Source of the DNA: a virus
Lineage: Duplodnaviria > Heunggongvirae > Uroviricota > Caudoviricetes
Direction: 5' to 3' (one strand)
IMG/VR virus record: IMGVR_UViG_3300050821_002544
Length of the DNA stretch: 64,000 nt
The notes beneath the pieces were generated by a model that was not told the origin of the DNA, did not search any database, and was given only the letters and a program-made list of their open reading frames with translations. Positions within the stretch are counted from its first letter, which is position 1; each line of letters opens with the position of its first letter. Both the position numbers and the translations under genes were made by a program. Below are positions 19,569 to 28,690 of this stretch, piece by piece.

Positions 19569-20075
19569 TTATGAAGCTTCTGTAATTGTACAAGTTTCAA
19601 ATATAACACTAGCATTTTGACCAGAACCAGCTAGTGCATACACAGAAATGTTTGCTGCATTTGCAGTCATGGCTGCATTTACTGCACCATTTGAACCCAA
19701 TACAGCAGAAGTGCCTAGAGCACCTTGCGGATGCATTACTAATCCACTGAATACAGCATTTCCACCAACACCAGTATTGCCACGTAGAGTAATAGCAGCA
19801 TCAAATGCAAATTGACCGGCTTGTGCAGGTGGTGGTGGATATATTACAGTAGATGTTACTAATGGATCAGCAGATGTGCCATTAGAACCAGCATATACGT
19901 TAATAAGAATTGATGGAGGGTATGTTGAACTTCCAAATACGCCAGGGGCAACAAACCCGCCAGCAGCTACACGATATACAGAACCATTAGCATTTGAATT
20001 TGCTACAACCTTTGATGAAAAAACAAGAATCTGAGAGTTGCTATTTGCAACGACTTCTGAGGTTAAACCTGGCAT
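19569..20075 (-). CDS. Virion structural protein (168 aa; Gly/Ala/Ser-rich)
   Basis: Bracketed by two near-identical terminator hairpins, immediately downstream of gp23. Confidence 0.5.
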   Translation of the reverse strand: MPGLTSEVVANSNSQILVFSSKVVANSNANGSVYRVAAGGFVAPGVFGSSTYPPSILINVYAGSNGTSADPLVTSTVIYPPPPAQAGQFAFDAAITLRGNTGVGGNAVFSGLVMHPQGALGTSAVLGSNGAVNAAMTANAANISVYALAGSGQNASVIFETCTITEAS

Positions 20076-20163
20076 GTGAATTATCTCCTATTAATTTGAA
20101 TTAGTCCATTATTATCACAATTCAAATAATGTTCGATATCTTCTATTTAGGTATATTTGTCCT

Positions 20164-20194
20164 ACAAAGAAAAAGCCCACGTCTTAGGTGGGCT
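20164..20194 (-). terminator. Rho-independent terminator after gp23
   Basis: Minus-strand agcccacCTAAGACgtgggcTTTTTCTTTG. Confidence 0.75.
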
Positions 20195-20228
20195 CCGTTC
20201 AGTTTTTATAGACTGAATCTTCTTCTAT

Positions 20229-21587
20229 TTACTTCAAGTTGCTTACAATAAACTTGCGGTACCAGACATTGGTGTTAACAACCAAGTTACCTAGACCCTG
20301 AGTTAGACCCTGTGCGAATGGGTTTGCTACCAATCCATAACGAGTCTTGAAGCCAATCTTTGGCTGGAAGGTGTTAGGATCAATTGCACGTACCATCTGT
20401 AGAGGAACGTAAGGGCAGTAGAACAAACCTGCGTCGTATGCAATGTTACCCTTGTAACCGACTACTGCGTAGTCTGCACCAGAAACAGAATATGGATCTA
20501 CATAAACCTTCAAGCGACCGAATAGGGTACCTGCAAAGGTGTTACCTGTATCGTCAACATTTAGGTTTGTGTTGTTGGTTAGGGCAGACTGATAATCCAA
20601 CATACCAGACATTGCTAGCGCAGATGCCACGTCAGTTGAACAAATCAGAATGTTACCCTTACCACGACGAGTGTCTTTACCGATCTTGTTAGCTTCACGC
20701 TCAATTGCGTAAATTAGACCCTTGTAGTTTTCTACCTGCCAACGACCAGCAGCATCTACACCTGTTGCCAAGTTGTAAACACCGGCTACGTTTGCATACT
20801 GTACACCAGGAACAGCAGTTGCGTAGATAGTACGGATAACTTCACGATTGATTTCTGCCAAAATTTCGGTAGAAAGAATGTTAGAAAGTTCGGTTTCTGC
20901 ATCTAGACCATGAACAGCCTTCAAATCCTGTGCAAGTTCTAGAGTGTACTCTGCCTTTAGGGCGCGAGTGTTAGCAGTAACAGTTACCTTTTCGATTGCG
21001 AAACCCATTGCTCCGAATGCAGTTGCTCCACCCAAGTCTTCTGCGATTGTGGTTGGGAAACCATAACCAGTATTAGCTAGAGAGAAGTAAGATGAATTAG
21101 AAGTACCTGGATTTACATTCGCAGTATCGAATGGTGTGAAAGTACCATTACCTGAGAATGCATCATTTGCTTCATTATACAATGCTTCGGCAGTTGCTGC
21201 TAAGTTGGTTGTACCATTTGGAGCATACTTAGAACGCATTGCGAAGATCAAACCTGTTGGACCAGTCATTGGCTGGACACCACATACATCGTATGCGATT
21301 AGGTTTGGAAGAGAACGACGAACCAAGCTGATAAGGATAGGATCGAAACCGGCAACTGGACCACCAGCGGCTGCTCCACCACCATAACCACCAGTTCCTA
21401 CTGCGTTAGCAGGTAGGGTTTCTGTTAGGAAACCTTGGGTTGATTCTGCGTCAGAGCGACCTGCACGTTCTTGATTTTCAAGAAGAACAGATGTGACCCA
21501 ACGACGATATGGATCAGAAATTGCTGCAACACCTTCGGCTGCAATCACTGGATTCCACTTCTTTAATACGGCTTCTTTAATATACAT
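20229..21587 (-). CDS. 23: Major capsid protein gp23
   Basis: LPNLIAYDVCGVQPMTGPTGLIFAMRSKY resembles the conserved gp23 segment. 452 aa. SD AGGAG upstream. Confidence 0.9.
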   Translation of the reverse strand: MYIKEAVLKKWNPVIAAEGVAAISDPYRRWVTSVLLENQERAGRSDAESTQGFLTETLPANAVGTGGYGGGAAAGGPVAGFDPILISLVRRSLPNLIAYDVCGVQPMTGPTGLIFAMRSKYAPNGTTNLAATAEALYNEANDAFSGNGTFTPFDTANVNPGTSNSSYFSLANTGYGFPTTIAEDLGGATAFGAMGFAIEKVTVTANTRALKAEYTLELAQDLKAVHGLDAETELSNILSTEILAEINREVIRTIYATAVPGVQYANVAGVYNLATGVDAAGRWQVENYKGLIYAIEREANKIGKDTRRGKGNILICSTDVASALAMSGMLDYQSALTNNTNLNVDDTGNTFAGTLFGRLKVYVDPYSVSGADYAVVGYKGNIAYDAGLFYCPYVPLQMVRAIDPNTFQPKIGFKTRYGLVANPFAQGLTQGLGNLVVNTNVWYRKFIVSNLK

Positions 21588-21612
21588 TTAAAATTGCTCC
21601 TAGAGGATTATT

Positions 21613-21621
21613 ACTATTTAG
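21613..21621 (-). promoter_or_regulatory. Late promoter-like CTAAATAGT upstream of gp23
   Basis: Minus-strand actAAATAgtaataatcctctAGGAGcaattttaATG. Confidence 0.45.
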
Positions 21622-21624
21622 TAA

Positions 21625-22824
21625 TTAATAAGTTTGAGTTCTGTTAACAGCTTTTACATATGCTGCCATTGAAGCTGGAATTTCTTCCGTTACTTCACCA
21701 GGAGTTTCTTCTGTCAATTGAATGATAGAAGGTTGTTCCTGCTTGACCGTAGATTTTGTTCCGGCAGTGAAGTAACTCTCACGAATTGTCTTCAACTTGC
21801 TGGTGTATTCACCTTCTGTGGTAAACTCAACTCCCTCTGTGAGAGTCTTTAGCTTTACAGCTTGCGTGTCGGTCAGACCTTCGCTCACCGTTGCCAAAAT
21901 TTCGAACTTCTTGCTCTCACCCAACTTCTTTGAAAGTTCGGCATTAGCATTAAGCGCTTCGTTGACTTGATTAGTCAATTCAGCAATTTCTTGTGCTTGA
22001 GATTCTACTACGTCTACCTTCTCGGCAGGGACATCAACATAGTGTTCTGCAAATAGATTCTTTAGACCGCTCATGAAATCTTCTACGATTTCAGAACGTA
22101 GACCAGACTCAATAGCAACCTGATTTTCCTTGACCCAATTTTCTACGGTGTAGTTTAGGTAAGTATCGACTTGTTCTTCCATTGCTACCTGTGCATCTGC
22201 AAGGGTTTCTTCGGCAGCTTCTAGAATTTCTGCTTCTAGTGCTTCTGCAACCATTACTGCACGAGCAACTACAGCAGCTTCGAAAATTGCTGCCGCTTTT
22301 GTCTTAAATTCTTCTGTTAGAGTTTCACCAGAAAATAGAGCATCCATATCTTCTGTTACAGAGTAAGACTTCATTACTTCTACGGCATGATCCCAACGCT
22401 CTGCGCGGGCTGCTTCGATTTCTTCTTCTGTTAGCTCAGTCTCTTCTGTGGTAGGATGTGCATATGAACCATGCTCGGCGGCATGCGCACCATCATGTTC
22501 TTCTGGAGAAGATTTCTCTCCTGCCTTTTCTGTTCCTGGCTGCTTGCCACGGACAGTTTCCAAATCTTGCATAGGTGCCTTAGAATCAGAATCTGGCTTT
22601 GTACCTGGAGGCGTAGATTGTGGACGTGCGGCAGCAATTTTTTCACCAGTCTTTTCACCGGCTGGATTATCATAAGTAGCACCACCAAGATCAACAACAT
22701 TCTGTTGTCCTGCTAGTCCCTCTGTACCACGATCCGCAGCAAGATTGTGCATTGGCTCTTTTGGTGTAGATGTGCGAGACTTATTAAGTACATCCGCTGC
22801 TGCTTCAAGTAATGTGCGTGCCAT
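21625..22824 (-). CDS. 22: Prohead scaffolding core protein gp22 (acidic, Ala/Glu-rich)
   Basis: 399 aa, strongly acidic, with a helical-looking composition. Between gp21 and gp23 as in T4. Confidence 0.7.
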   Translation of the reverse strand: MARTLLEAAADVLNKSRTSTPKEPMHNLAADRGTEGLAGQQNVVDLGGATYDNPAGEKTGEKIAAARPQSTPPGTKPDSDSKAPMQDLETVRGKQPGTEKAGEKSSPEEHDGAHAAEHGSYAHPTTEETELTEEEIEAARAERWDHAVEVMKSYSVTEDMDALFSGETLTEEFKTKAAAIFEAAVVARAVMVAEALEAEILEAAEETLADAQVAMEEQVDTYLNYTVENWVKENQVAIESGLRSEIVEDFMSGLKNLFAEHYVDVPAEKVDVVESQAQEIAELTNQVNEALNANAELSKKLGESKKFEILATVSEGLTDTQAVKLKTLTEGVEFTTEGEYTSKLKTIRESYFTAGTKSTVKQEQPSIIQLTEETPGEVTEEIPASMAAYVKAVNRTQTY

Positions 22825-22880
22825 TGATAAAACTCCTATACGATGAATCTATTTATAAAACTAAGTTCTTTAGTATGACT

Positions 22881-23528
22881 TTATAGTAACTTAAGAAATT
22901 TCTCAAAACTTTGTAATACTACTTCTTCTAATTCTTTGCGAGATGCCTTCATTACATTAGTCTGGATTTCCGCAATATTTGCTTCTTTTATGATACCATT
23001 ATCCCATACCCATTCTTTACTTTCCATGATACTTTGTACTAATGCATCTGGTGCAGAAGGATCGGCAACAATATCACCGGCAGTAGCAAGGAAAAAATCA
23101 TCCTGTACCATCTGCGCTTCTTTGATTGCTTTTAGAGAACCTAGACCACGAGAAGAAACACCTAATTGACCACCACAATTGATAAGTCCACGGACAATCT
23201 TTCCATGACCTTCTTCGGTAATAATCGCCTTTCCAATGAAATTATTACCATCTTCTTTTAAGGAAATAATACGATGTGAAACACGATCAAGATTGATAGA
23301 TGGTGTATCAGGATGACCCAATTCACCCCATCCACGACCTGTGTTTACAGATTCTTTTACATAGCGTGCAACTTCACGTTGTAGTAAATGCTTAGGATAG
23401 ACACGATGATTTCTATTCTCGATTTCAGATTGTAGAAAGATACCTTCGATATAGAGATTCTTCTTGCCATCGGCAGTAGCTTCCTCTAGATACTTTACAT
23501 CTTCTGTGAGTTCTCTAAGTAACTTCAT
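22881..23528 (-). CDS. 21: Prohead core protease gp21
   Basis: LYIEGIFLQSEIENRNHRVYPKHLL resembles T4 gp21 LYIEGIFMQAEVVNRNKRLYPKRIL. GVSSRGLGSL is conserved. Confidence 0.9.
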   Translation of the reverse strand: MKLLRELTEDVKYLEEATADGKKNLYIEGIFLQSEIENRNHRVYPKHLLQREVARYVKESVNTGRGWGELGHPDTPSINLDRVSHRIISLKEDGNNFIGKAIITEEGHGKIVRGLINCGGQLGVSSRGLGSLKAIKEAQMVQDDFFLATAGDIVADPSAPDALVQSIMESKEWVWDNGIIKEANIAEIQTNVMKASRKELEEVVLQSFEKFLKLL

Positions 23529-23529
23529 T

Positions 23530-23859
23530 TTATCTTCCGCCTCTTAAACCTGCCAATTTACGTAATGAACGTTTGCGCTTCATCAATGCACGAGCTAATT
23601 TAGCACGTCTCTTAATTTTACCTTTTCTTGCACCACGCTTGCGATGTAGTTTCTCTTGCGCACTCATGCGGACAAGTTTTCCACCACGAAGAGTATAACC
23701 TTTTACGCCAGATTTCTTGACGTTACGCTGTACCTTACCATTACGAATTCTAACGCGAATCCTTTTGATTCTAGGTCCAGCTTCCGCCAGATATTCCTCA
23801 AAAGTCTTCATATAATTATTAGTATCCAACCTGCGTATTTGCCCAGGCACCAGCACCAC
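23530..23859 (-). CDS. Highly basic Arg/Lys-rich small protein (candidate internal/core protein)
   Basis: C-terminal 70 aa are about 45% K/R. Immediately upstream of gp21 in the transcript. Start may be the internal MKTF. Confidence 0.5.
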   Translation of the reverse strand: MVLVPGQIRRLDTNNYMKTFEEYLAEAGPRIKRIRVRIRNGKVQRNVKKSGVKGYTLRGGKLVRMSAQEKLHRKRGARKGKIKRRAKLARALMKRKRSLRKLAGLRGGR

Positions 23860-24283
23860 GAGAAGGACTTGCCCAATACGTTCCTTGGAATTCTTTTACG
23901 AAAGTAAGTACCAAAGTGAATGCATCAGCAGAACCTAAACTTTGTTGAAGAAGATTGATATCACCTGTTGGTGTATTTGCAGAGTTAGGAATATACTGAT
24001 TGAAAATACCATCATTAAAACGACCCATTGTGATAGCTTTAGAATTAGCATTTACAGAACTTACATATTCAATAGCAAGAAAACCGTTGTTCATAGAACT
24101 AGTATATGTTGCTGCCGTTAGAGATAGAATACAAGGAAGAGAAGTGTTTGCACCCCTCAATGTATTTGCAGTAACAATAACGCTATTTGCATTAGTTGCA
24201 GCATTGTAAAATCCAATGACTTTTACAGTGACATAATGATCCTGGTCATCTAGAACTAATACTTCTGGTACATTAACTGCCAT
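23819..24283 (-). CDS. Hypothetical head-cluster protein (154 aa)
   Basis: Complete ORF among head morphogenesis genes. Confidence 0.45.
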   Translation of the reverse strand: MAVNVPEVLVLDDQDHYVTVKVIGFYNAATNANSVIVTANTLRGANTSLPCILSLTAATYTSSMNNGFLAIEYVSSVNANSKAITMGRFNDGIFNQYIPNSANTPTGDINLLQQSLGSADAFTLVLTFVKEFQGTYWASPSRGAGAWANTQVGY

Positions 24284-24294
24284 ATATTTCTACC

Positions 24295-25017
24295 TTATTT
24301 CAAATTTTGTGCTGCAAAGTCAGCAACCTTAGTTAAACCTTCTGCACTATTCATATGCTTTTCAATAGTTGCCTTATTTTGCGGAGTCATCATGGTATGT
24401 AGTTTGACCAAATGTGCTGCCTGCGCAGCAGATAATTTATGTCTAGAACCGTTACCAAATACGACTTCTCCATCAGTCTTAGTCTTTGCAATATGATGAA
24501 TCTTATGAATCGTTGCTTCTTCTACAGTTTCAGGATATACATATTCCTCAAAATCTTCATCGATAGTACGTAAGAACTTATTATAACGATGTGTTGCCTG
24601 ACCCACATTATTATTCAGATAATGTTCGGCAGCAGCATGTAAATGTGAATGTGCCTGCTTACCGTATCTCTGAACAATATGCTCTTTAATCTTCGCAAGA
24701 TCAGGATGATCCGTGTGCTTAGAACCCGCTTTATAATGAAGCTTTAGAGCATTCGTATAGTCGCCAAACATATCATCATGTTCTGTCTCTACTAATCTTT
24801 CAAATTCTTCTGAGACTCCAGCAACTTCTGGTTCCATCGTAGAAGAATAAGGAACCGAAATATCGATTCCCAATTTATCGTTATGATATAGTGCAACCTT
24901 CTTTCCTGATGGAAATTGACGGATTGCTTTACGCTTTAATACAAGAATAGTAGGAGGATCTCTTTCCTTTACTGATTCTTGTATTTTGACGTTCTTGATT
25001 TCACTTAATGTCTTCAT
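24295..25017 (-). CDS. Histidine-rich protein (240 aa)
   Basis: Multiple His clusters (HSHLHAAAEHY, IHKIHHIAK, LHTMMT...KHMNS). In the head-gene cluster. Confidence 0.5.
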   Translation of the reverse strand: MKTLSEIKNVKIQESVKERDPPTILVLKRKAIRQFPSGKKVALYHNDKLGIDISVPYSSTMEPEVAGVSEEFERLVETEHDDMFGDYTNALKLHYKAGSKHTDHPDLAKIKEHIVQRYGKQAHSHLHAAAEHYLNNNVGQATHRYNKFLRTIDEDFEEYVYPETVEEATIHKIHHIAKTKTDGEVVFGNGSRHKLSAAQAAHLVKLHTMMTPQNKATIEKHMNSAEGLTKVADFAAQNLK

Positions 25018-25916
25018 TATTTACCGTGATGCCACTTCTTTGCATTCTGAGCGAATGTTGCACGCTTTGCAAATACTCCACCTTTTGCTTTTTCCTTAGC
25101 AATATCCTTACCGGTAATTTTTGCATCAGGAGACTTACCAAGATCCTTGTGCATCTGTCCCTTCTTTACAGGACCGATTGGACCTTTCTCTGCCATGTAT
25201 TCTTCGTTATTCAAAGAACCGACATGTTCAACATGAACTTTGTTAGGATGCTTTACATCACGACTCACATGAAATTTATGAGTCTTATGTGCAGAATCAC
25301 CAGCTAGGTTTTGTGCCATACTATATTTGTGATGTACAATATAGATTGCTTTATCCTTAGATTCTTTGCTCTTAGGATTAAAAGGTGTGTAGCCTGCACG
25401 ATGTATATGATAATGTTTAGTTTCGTAATGATTACCATCTAATGAGCCAACACCATTCATTCCAGCATGTGTTCCAACATGAACATCATGAACAGTATGT
25501 GCCATATGTTCCATGCTGCCAGGTAGTACTACTGCTTCATCCAAGTTTTGAGTAAGACCTTGGAACTCAAACTTAAAAGAGTTTTGAGTTTCTTCTTTGA
25601 CTGCTGGAGAACCACCTTCATCGGCTAGCCCGCTTCCTGGTTCCATTGTCTTACGATCCTGTTTAGGACCAGAAGATAGTTTTGGTTCTGGAGCAGATGC
25701 CTTACCTTTTCCACCTGGAGCAGGCTTCTTCCATACTTGAGAAACACCACCAGAAGTACCACCTTCTTCTGATACAGTTTCTGCATTGAAGAAATTTGAG
25801 GCAACTTCAATCTTCAAGCCTTCTAGTACTTGAACAACCTTCTCTGCAAGCTTCTCTTCTACGAGTGCCTTGAATGCTAGGGCATCCTTATTTTGTGCAT
25901 GTGTTACAAAAGACAT
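25017..25916 (-). CDS. Histidine-rich protein (299 aa), Gly/Lys/Pro-rich N-terminal half
   Basis: HMAHTVHDVHVGTHAG, KHYHIHRAG, IVHHKYS, HKTHKFHVSRDVKHPNKVHVEHVG, KKWHHGK. Confidence 0.5.
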   Translation of the reverse strand: MSFVTHAQNKDALAFKALVEEKLAEKVVQVLEGLKIEVASNFFNAETVSEEGGTSGGVSQVWKKPAPGGKGKASAPEPKLSSGPKQDRKTMEPGSGLADEGGSPAVKEETQNSFKFEFQGLTQNLDEAVVLPGSMEHMAHTVHDVHVGTHAGMNGVGSLDGNHYETKHYHIHRAGYTPFNPKSKESKDKAIYIVHHKYSMAQNLAGDSAHKTHKFHVSRDVKHPNKVHVEHVGSLNNEEYMAEKGPIGPVKKGQMHKDLGKSPDAKITGKDIAKEKAKGGVFAKRATFAQNAKKWHHGK

Positions 25917-25951
25917 TTTTATATCCTCTAATTGGGTGGTTATTGTACTAT

Positions 25952-26353
25952 TTAGGAAGTTAAGGCTTTAGCTATTCTAGGTTTATAAGGTTTCAATTTT
26001 CCTCTCTTTTTACCCATTCTAGTTAATGACATTTTTAACTTTGTTTCTGCTGAATGTCGTCTATTTGACATTTTTCGTCTTGTTTCTTCTGAACGTTTCA
26101 TACCGGTATGTGATAAAGCATTCTTTCTTTTTGATTCTTCCGATCTAGGTCTATGAAGAATTTTGGTTATAGCTTCCTCTTTTCCTATTTGTCCACTTAA
26201 TGTTAAGTAGGCAATTTCATCCTGCCAATTTCTATACATCATCCATAATTGTTTATGAGCTTCTGCATGTTCTTCAATTGTTAATTCCACAAGATTAGAT
26301 GGATCATTAGGACCATTCATATGCTTTGGTATTATATGATGTTTGTGTAACAT
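25952..26353 (-). CDS. HNH homing endonuclease-like protein with basic C-terminal tail
   Basis: HHIIPKHMNGPNDPSNLVELTIEEHAEAH is an HNH motif. Inserted between gp20 and the head genes. ATGA overlap with gp20. Confidence 0.7.
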   Translation of the reverse strand: MLHKHHIIPKHMNGPNDPSNLVELTIEEHAEAHKQLWMMYRNWQDEIAYLTLSGQIGKEEAITKILHRPRSEESKRKNALSHTGMKRSEETRRKMSNRRHSAETKLKMSLTRMGKKRGKLKPYKPRIAKALTS

Positions 26354-28038
26354 TATGGTTTCTTAGGCTTTGGTTTTCCGGCAGGTTTACTACTATCACC
26401 AAATGCCTGTTGTGCTCTCTGATTTAGTTCTTCTGGATTTGCAGCAGGAGTCGGAGCAGGAGCGCCTGGTGCCGCAGGACTTCCGGCAGGTGATGCCATA
26501 GGATCGGCTGGTGGTCCTGCCATCTTCTCAGCATCCTTTGCCATTTCCTCATTTTCCTTATCCATTTCTTCTTCCATATCTTCGATTTCTTTCTCATCGA
26601 ACATCAGTACTTTCTCTTGTACCCAACGCTTTGAGAAGAATCTACCAATATATGGATCCACAATCATAAGCAAATTAACACGGTTTGTTAATAGTTCTGC
26701 TTCTTTCAATTCTGTAAAGTTATTGTCCTTGATGAAATTGTAATGAATGTCCATCTTGAACTCATTCCATTCATCTAGGGTACAGATACCTTTTAAAGAT
26801 AATTGGCGAGCAAGTAGTTCATCGAATAGGATAGAGAATCTTGCACGTAGTTTATCTACGAATTTATCGAATTTTAATTCATCTCTGGTGATTTCAGAAG
26901 AACGACCTAAAGAAAATCCTTGATTATTTTCTAGACGAGAAGCTGGCACGCCAAGTGCTTTATACAGTTTCTTTTCCATGTATAATACATCTTCCATCTG
27001 TCCTAGATTCTGACCGGCAGGAAGTGTAGTAATTTCTGTATTCTTGCCTTCTCCACGACGAGGCATCCAAAAATCTTCTAACATAGACATATGACGTGTC
27101 TGATCTTTAATTTCTCCAGTACCTGCATCATATACAAGCTTATTACGGAACTTGTTCATCATGTCTTTCAGGTATTGCTCTGCCTTCATCTTTGGAAGGT
27201 TTCCAACATCTACATAGAATACTCTGCGTTCAGGGGCGCGAGAAACACGGTAGATAACAGTTGCATCTTCAAGGAATCGCAATTGATTCATAGGACGGAT
27301 TGCCTTATGAAGATAACTCAATACAGTTGATTTTGCAGGATCGAACAAACCAGAAGTAAGATGGATTACAGAATCTTCTGATAGCTTTACGCCACCGGCA
27401 AATGATCCTACAATCTGTGGTGATTGTATAGAACTATTGACTACCTTTTCATTATAAAGATAGAAGGTATCAATACGATCAATAACCTCAACACCTTGAG
27501 CATTCTTAACTTTTGTAATATTACGGATTTTACGGATTCTACGTGGATCGACATATATCAATGTCTTGATACCATCGCGCGGATTGTCTTTATCAATGAC
27601 TACGTTATAATAGGTACGACCATCTACATACCAACGACGGAAAATATCGCCGCCAAAATTATTGAAGTCTAGAAGACGAAGACATTCATCAAATTCGTCT
27701 CTGATCTTTTTCTTAATAGAATCTGGTTGCTTGAGGTCTTCTAGTTCAATACGAACAATTTTACCCTCGTCATCATGAACGATAGCTTCGTTTACAATAT
27801 CTTCTATTGCAGATTCCATTTCTGGCTGCATAGACATAGTACGATATTTGGTAATAAGATCGACTTCGGTTCTATAGGTACCATCCAAGTCCACATAGAC
27901 GCCATAGTGTGCGCCTGTTTGGATGTTAATAGCACCATCTTCGAGATTAGGAGTAATAGGACTTTCTGGAATAGAATCATCTTCGTCTGCACGAGTGATT
28001 TTAAAACCAAATAATCTGAAACTATTCTGTTCTGCCAT
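26353..28038 (-). CDS. 20: Portal vertex protein gp20 with Pro/Ala-rich C-terminal tail
   Basis: DLITKYRTMSMQPEMESAIEDIVNEAIVHDDEGKIV resembles T4 gp20 [32 protein letters not shown]. 561 aa. Confidence 0.88.
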   Translation of the reverse strand: MAEQNSFRLFGFKITRADEDDSIPESPITPNLEDGAINIQTGAHYGVYVDLDGTYRTEVDLITKYRTMSMQPEMESAIEDIVNEAIVHDDEGKIVRIELEDLKQPDSIKKKIRDEFDECLRLLDFNNFGGDIFRRWYVDGRTYYNVVIDKDNPRDGIKTLIYVDPRRIRKIRNITKVKNAQGVEVIDRIDTFYLYNEKVVNSSIQSPQIVGSFAGGVKLSEDSVIHLTSGLFDPAKSTVLSYLHKAIRPMNQLRFLEDATVIYRVSRAPERRVFYVDVGNLPKMKAEQYLKDMMNKFRNKLVYDAGTGEIKDQTRHMSMLEDFWMPRRGEGKNTEITTLPAGQNLGQMEDVLYMEKKLYKALGVPASRLENNQGFSLGRSSEITRDELKFDKFVDKLRARFSILFDELLARQLSLKGICTLDEWNEFKMDIHYNFIKDNNFTELKEAELLTNRVNLLMIVDPYIGRFFSKRWVQEKVLMFDEKEIEDMEEEMDKENEEMAKDAEKMAGPPADPMASPAGSPAAPGAPAPTPAANPEELNQRAQQAFGDSSKPAGKPKPKKP

Positions 28039-28062
28039 TAGTTAAATCCTCATATTATAAAT

Positions 28063-28086
28063 GGAGAGGCAGATTCCTACCTCTCC
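28063..28086 (-). terminator. Hairpin between gp19 and gp20 (possible attenuator)
   Basis: ggagaggcagattcctacctctcc is a 7-bp GC-rich stem. No strong T-run. Confidence 0.35.
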
Positions 28087-28094
28087 AAGTTCAA

Positions 28095-28661
28095 TTAACC
28101 AACAGAGACAGTATTGACAGGAAATGTGGGATCGAACCAATACTGGTAAGCCAACGTAACAGCATATTCCTGTATCGTATCATTAGCACCCCAATCTAGA
28201 TCAAGTGGGGCAACATCTACAGGAAACATACCAACTAGATTGATTTGTTTAATAATATCACCAGTCTTTGAGTACTGAGTTACTACTGCATCAGAACCAT
28301 ATCCGCCGTCTACTACGGTAGCAGCAGGATCACGGACATTACCAATTGGATCATTGATACCATTAACCCACTGTTCGAATGCATTGCGCACAGAATAGTC
28401 TTCATCGTTAATGACTTGTATTGTCCAATCTGCAAATGTTCTGTTACCTGCAAGCTTTACTTCACGACCAAAGTAGAATAATGGTGCGATACCGATTGTA
28501 GAGCCAGGCAGTTGAGATGCCTTTACAAGAAGAGTACTCTTTTGCGCAGCCGTTCCTCCAACCTGAACAAAGGAAGGAAATTGTAGTTGAACATCAAAAA
28601 GATTAGGACGAGCACCATCACCAATCAAGTTAGTTCTAAAAGTTGTTACATCAAATGCCAT
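28095..28661 (-). CDS. 19: Tail tube protein gp19
   Basis: ARPNLFDVQL, AGNRTFADWTIQVINDEDY and LDLDWGANDTIQEYAVTLAYQYW resemble T4 gp19 motifs. Confidence 0.9.
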   Translation of the reverse strand: MAFDVTTFRTNLIGDGARPNLFDVQLQFPSFVQVGGTAAQKSTLLVKASQLPGSTIGIAPLFYFGREVKLAGNRTFADWTIQVINDEDYSVRNAFEQWVNGINDPIGNVRDPAATVVDGGYGSDAVVTQYSKTGDIIKQINLVGMFPVDVAPLDLDWGANDTIQEYAVTLAYQYWFDPTFPVNTVSVG

Positions 28662-28680
28662 ATGTATCTCCGTTATATCC

Positions 28681-28688
28681 TATTTATA
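28681..28688 (-). promoter_or_regulatory. T4-type late promoter TATAAATA upstream of gp19
   Basis: Minus-strand gcTATAAATAggatataacGGAGAtacatATG. Confidence 0.65.
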
Positions 28689-28690
28689 GC

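Noticed and set aside
28054-28061. TTTATAAT upstream of gp20 as a T4 late promoter
   Set aside because: It differs from TATAAATA / CTAAATAG seen at the other late genes. gp20 is more likely co-transcribed from the gp19/gp18 promoters through the weak hairpin.
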